Shown piece by piece: positions 61,101-64,000 of a stretch of DNA of 64,000 nucleotides. The DNA is from an uncultured Chlorobiota bacterium. GTDB taxonomy: Bacteria; Bacteroidota; Ignavibacteria; UBA10030; UBA6906. Where the stretch lies: positions 66,848 through 130,847 of the forward strand of contig CAADGV010000043.1 in NCBI GenBank assembly GCA_900696645.1. Direction: 5' to 3'. How positions within the stretch are numbered: position 1 is the stretch's first letter; every line of letters begins with the position of its first letter. The position numbers and the translations under genes were made by a program. Below the pieces are notes generated by a model. It was not told the origin of the DNA. It did not search any database and saw only the letters and a program-made list of their open reading frames with translations.

Positions 61101-62856
61101 ATCCCTGCACGATTGTCGCCGTGACGATATATGGGCCTGTCAGGTTCTCCGTATCGGTAAGTGGAGTATGGGAGATTTGCGGAACGTAGTTCGCAGGATT
61201 GATAAACCCTCTCACCCCGAACCAATAGACAATGGACTGAAGATGCGCGCCGCCGTACAAATTGCGGTCGGCCTGAATCACTGCTTCGGCATTCAGGGTC
61301 ATTGTTACGCCGCTGGCAGGAAGGTAGAAGTGACTTTGCAGAACAAGCTTGTCCATAACTTCCCGCCCGATCTCATTCCAGATGTACATAAGACTGGAGG
61401 ACCACATCTGGCCGTCGGTGTGAATTGCGCCGGTCAATCCTTCGGGATAATGAGGCGCGTAATTCAGAACACGTCCCGCCCAGAACGGATTGTGCCCGTC
61501 CCAATCAAATACCCAATAATAGGGAGGATTGGCGGGCTGCCAGTGTCCGAGACTGCGTGAGTATGACTCGGCCCAATAGTCACCAAATCCCTCACCTAAC
61601 GCCCCCTGCTGTCCCGACCCCGACCAGCCCGGCACCGTACCGTGATGAATAGCGTGGCCATATTCGTGCAACACAACGTCGGCATCTTCGGCATCATCAA
61701 CTCCCCCCTCACCGAATGTCAGCCGGTTTGTCGAAGGATAGTAGGCGGAGTTGTCCGCCCCGTTGAATCCATGCGGGTCGGCTTGAATGGAGTTGTTCTG
61801 GATGTTCGTGAAGCCGAGCGACTGAATATGCCGCTGTGATTGGTCGAGATGGAAATACACCATCACATCCTCAAACCCGTCCTGAAAGCGTGTATAGCGG
61901 AACGAATCGGGATGAGCAGCGGTAACCACAGGAGTACTCGGCGGATCCCAGTCAAACGGCGTCACGTACGGACCTTGCAGCCGGTACAACCCGCCGCTGA
62001 ATGTGATATCCCGTAGCGTGCGGAGCTTCCTCTCGGCATTGAGTTCAGGTGTATCGGCATCGTTGCCGTCCACATATCCCCCGGTGCCGTACGTTGCTCC
62101 CGCCGTCGAAAGCGGATCGGGATCGAACACCAAACCGCTTCCATCCACTTTCAGTACCTTGGAGTTTCCTCCCCCTTGTTCCGACGGACTGTGAAAGCAC
62201 GTCATATCTGTTACGCTGATGATTTCTCCGCTGCGGGCATCAACGAATACTTCCCAATCTCCTCTCGGCTCAAAAGCGGGAATGATGACGCGGTAGGCAA
62301 GCTTCGCCTGGCCTTTTTCAACCTTTACCATCAATGTTGAGGATTGCGGTCCATGCAATTCGCCGCGTACGCCCAAATGGTTTCGGGCGGATTGTGTTGC
62401 AGCTTCACCGCTCAACGCAGCAGTCATTGTCGGGATGGAAATTCCCGGCTTGTAGTTCGATGCGAAGAACTCGACATAATTCTTCCGATCAATACTGATT
62501 ACAATATCCGACTGATACACGGGAATGCCGTTGTATGTCTGATTGAAACGAACGTGATAGCCCGCCGGACTTTCCTGCACCATCGAGACTGCGAGATCGG
62601 AAAGATCGGATTTCATCTGAAAGCGCTGAAACTGGCTTCGCAGATATTCCTTCGCCATTGCTTCCGGCGTGCCGGTCAGGGGTCCATGTTTTACATTGGA
62701 CAACGTAAGCGGAACCGGAGGAGTATCGGTGTACACGCCTGTACCCTGCAGCTGCCCGCCCATTTTGCTCAGCGATTGGGCGGATGCAGTGCCGGAAACG
62801 CCGCACACCATCCCCGCAATCATCAAAGCAACAATGCTTCTGAACAGTGTTTTCAT
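58168..62856 (-). CDS. T9SS-secreted M36/M4-type zinc metalloprotease, multidomain
   Basis: FTP and PepSY propeptide, HEYGHAIH, EGFGDY, IHTDGQMW; Ig-like and ASH domains; GGPDAYGYRWIDSD; CTD; start MKTLFRS at 62856. Confidence 0.92.
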   Translation of the reverse strand: MKTLFRSIVALMIAGMVCGVSGTASAQSLSKMGGQLQGTGVYTDTPPVPLTLSNVKHGPLTGTPEAMAKEYLRSQFQRFQMKSDLSDLAVSMVQESPAGYHVRFNQTYNGIPVYQSDIVISIDRKNYVEFFASNYKPGISIPTMTAALSGEAATQSARNHLGVRGELHGPQSSTLMVKVEKGQAKLAYRVIIPAFEPRGDWEVFVDARSGEIISVTDMTCFHSPSEQGGGNSKVLKVDGSGLVFDPDPLSTAGATYGTGGYVDGNDADTPELNAERKLRTLRDITFSGGLYRLQGPYVTPFDWDPPSTPVVTAAHPDSFRYTRFQDGFEDVMVYFHLDQSQRHIQSLGFTNIQNNSIQADPHGFNGADNSAYYPSTNRLTFGEGGVDDAEDADVVLHEYGHAIHHGTVPGWSGSGQQGALGEGFGDYWAESYSRSLGHWQPANPPYYWVFDWDGHNPFWAGRVLNYAPHYPEGLTGAIHTDGQMWSSSLMYIWNEIGREVMDKLVLQSHFYLPASGVTMTLNAEAVIQADRNLYGGAHLQSIVYWFGVRGFINPANYVPQISHTPLTDTENLTGPYIVTATIVQGSSPLIPSSLKVFWTRTGTFTDSVQMTLTGTPNVYQAQIPGNGIQATYRYYISAKDSSGGAATHPTGAPGSFHSFLAGPDVIPPVITHTPLRDQARLRWPATVRATVTDNLGVDSVWVDYMRLRGSLSGSFGLVPTTGDNYQATFPLDTNQVVVGDTIVYKVVARDRSVAGNLATNPPTGFHRFAIISARGVILVVDDDVTTKEKAVSDKGMDERPAAQKGVSSRLIARTLTEVGFVVDTATFAAHDPTGYANYDVVVWSAGSKTSGIFGDAAKRAALVGRSQSGGKIWVEGGEVGYVFRKSGTTTDLDPPFRRQVLRDSNWISDVSSSNLAVTVPSHPVFTTPHVISSPVPFPTSGIGHRDAMRLQPGDVHAKKIAGWSTYAAQGPDTAGVIVYNPLPDPTVGQIVFTTFSVAAITDTTTAKKLTENIVEFLMTRPGGALISATPSSLDFGAVQLNDSATQFVRVQNLGTGTLNVTNITHTNARFSVTPVSFSLGPQDTVRLTVQFKPLVVGTLYDTLRFISNAGSSPAIALIGHGGIALMVVQPDSFAFTRQPTADTTFQMMKVKNAGTDTLRFTIEESLVGTSPSILRSMEQQATIELPKGVAQAVNPPAIKGGGGPDAYGYRWIDSDEPGGPTFNWVDISTVGTQITGWSPSADDGYVTISMPFAFPFYGTSYSSLKVVTNGWLGFDVASTSAAYLNGAIPSTAEPNNALYPWWDDLDLSTSGTVHYYHDVANNRFIVQYTNVPHYGTSEPGLYTFQIILKPSGDVLYQYQNMQQTLTSATIGIENAGGSIALQVVNSAAYMHNNLAILLTRDAVPWLSTDVTQGVLAPSDSMSVKVQVHPGVMTQGTHRARLTLTGNTGAPMFVPVRLDIVTSIEGVAALPTTFALEQNYPNPFNPSTTIRYALPAESKVTLKVFNILGQEVEQLVAAVQPAGFYDVRWDARVATGVYLMRIEATPTSGSPAFIQVRKMLLMK

Positions 62857-62894
62857 TCCACGTATTCCTTTTGACTGATTGATAGAATTGATTC

Positions 62895-64000
62895 TCACTT
62901 GATGAGAACCACTTTGCGTGTGGCAACAAGAGTTCTGTTGTTCTTCCCTCCGTCTTGTTGTTCCACAAACATTCGGATAAAGTAGAGTCCGCTGGAAGAA
63001 CCGGAAGGCCGCCAATCAACAGCGTACGAACCCGCCGGCTTCCATTCGTTGAGAAGTAACGCCACTTCACGTCCCAGCATATCAAACACTTTAATGTTGA
63101 CAACTCCACCGCCCGTAGCACCGATCGAGAACGGAATTCGCGTTGAAGGATTGAACGGATTGGGATAGCATTCTCCGAGTGATGTTTGAAGCGGAATTGC
63201 CTCCGGTTTCACGTCAACAGTGATTGAATCGAGATAGTCAATGCGCATCTCGTCAACATACCAGCCGCGATGATTCGTCAGCCAATCGCTCGCAAAGCGA
63301 AACCGGAAACGGACGCGATGGTTGGTGAACGCAGCAAGAGGGAAACCTGCCTCAACCCAGCCTGTCGAGTTGCCGGAATAGCCGGGCCCGCCGAGTGCGG
63401 CAATCGTCGCAAAGGGGTAGCCACCCTGTGGCATGAACAACTGAAAGGCGCCACTGTCAACCGAAACCCAGACGTTGCCGCCATCGTTGTTCGGCTCAAT
63501 TCGGTAGAGATGTGTGAACGTGAGCACGCCTTCGGCTTTGTTGGAAAGATCGAACGTTGGAGATTCAAGAATGGAATTCCGGTTGTTCGAGTAATTCCCC
63601 GCGAGATTCGTTGCCCACACACGCTGGCCCCGCGGCGGAGCCGGAATATCCGTTGTGCCGATCAAACCCCAACTCCAGTCGCCTGAACCTTCAAACCCGC
63701 CGTTCGTGTTTTCGAAATCCAGAAGGATCGAATTCAAGACTCTCCAACTGTACCACCCGGTTTCCGGCAATGTTGCCTGATTGCCCGAGAACGACCCATC
63801 CCTCGCATGAACGGCGTACTCAATGCGATCGCCGGGCACAAACGGCCCCGTAATGAACCCGCGCCACATATCTCCGCTTACCTGTTCCATTGTGTCAAGC
63901 CGGAGTGTTCCTCCATTCACTTTGTATTCAATCCACGCAAGCGAAATGCTGCTCTGGTCGGTGATGGTTGCTCTCACTTCGTACGGATTGTCAAGGTAAG
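62895..64000 (-). CDS. C-terminal part of a T9SS-secreted protein (jelly-roll domain plus CTD), truncated by the window edge
   Basis: [35 protein letters not shown]; frame appears to continue to the edge. Confidence 0.85.
   Translation of the reverse strand, partial: YLDNPYEVRATITDQSSISLAWIEYKVNGGTLRLDTMEQVSGDMWRGFITGPFVPGDRIEYAVHARDGSFSGNQATLPETGWYSWRVLNSILLDFENTNGGFEGSGDWSWGLIGTTDIPAPPRGQRVWATNLAGNYSNNRNSILESPTFDLSNKAEGVLTFTHLYRIEPNNDGGNVWVSVDSGAFQLFMPQGGYPFATIAALGGPGYSGNSTGWVEAGFPLAAFTNHRVRFRFRFASDWLTNHRGWYVDEMRIDYLDSITVDVKPEAIPLQTSLGECYPNPFNPSTRIPFSIGATGGGVVNIKVFDMLGREVALLLNEWKPAGSYAVDWRPSGSSSGLYFIRMFVEQQDGGKNNRTLVATRKVVLIK

Noticed and set aside
62857..63015. N-terminal extension of the M36 ORF; similarly 50662-50811 and 6262-6354
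   Set aside because: These overlap upstream genes; downstream starts fit signal peptides, RBS or stop-start coupling better

Overview
A ~52% GC (eyeballed) bacterial chromosome segment, most likely from an Ignavibacteria-like Bacteroidota/Chlorobi-group organism. Six genes end in the T9SS sorting signal ([10 protein letters not shown]), while promoters look like canonical sigma70 TTGAC-17-TATA. Almost all genes are on the minus strand. Housekeeping content: tRNA Thr-Tyr-Gly cluster, tRNA-Met, hpnCDE, tilS-hpt-ftsH, copZ/copA, ECF sigma factor, M1 aminopeptidase, an exbB-exbD-exbD-tonB-pstS-TPR operon, a KinB/AlgB-like two-component system and a RelE/XRE toxin-antitoxin pair. Best candidates for undescribed systems: (1) a coupled operon encoding a Spy-like protein, a T9SS-secreted CotH kinase, a lone HlyD-type adaptor, a VTC polyphosphate polymerase and a DUF4956 membrane protein (possible polyP synthesis/export/extracellular phosphorylation); (2) a secreted metalloprotease-vWA protein with codon-diverged GLTWQG repeats, a separately encoded prodomain-like gene and a downstream propeller sensor-phosphatase partner-switching module; (3) a sigma54 promoter with two TTGCA-N3-TGCAA enhancer palindromes and a structured leader ahead of the STAS-ExbBD-TonB operon; (4) an (ATGAG)22 microsatellite in a leader ORF coupled to a lipoprotein gene. 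No rRNA, CRISPR array, integrase or transposase was seen. All annotations come from visual motif recognition, not database searches.
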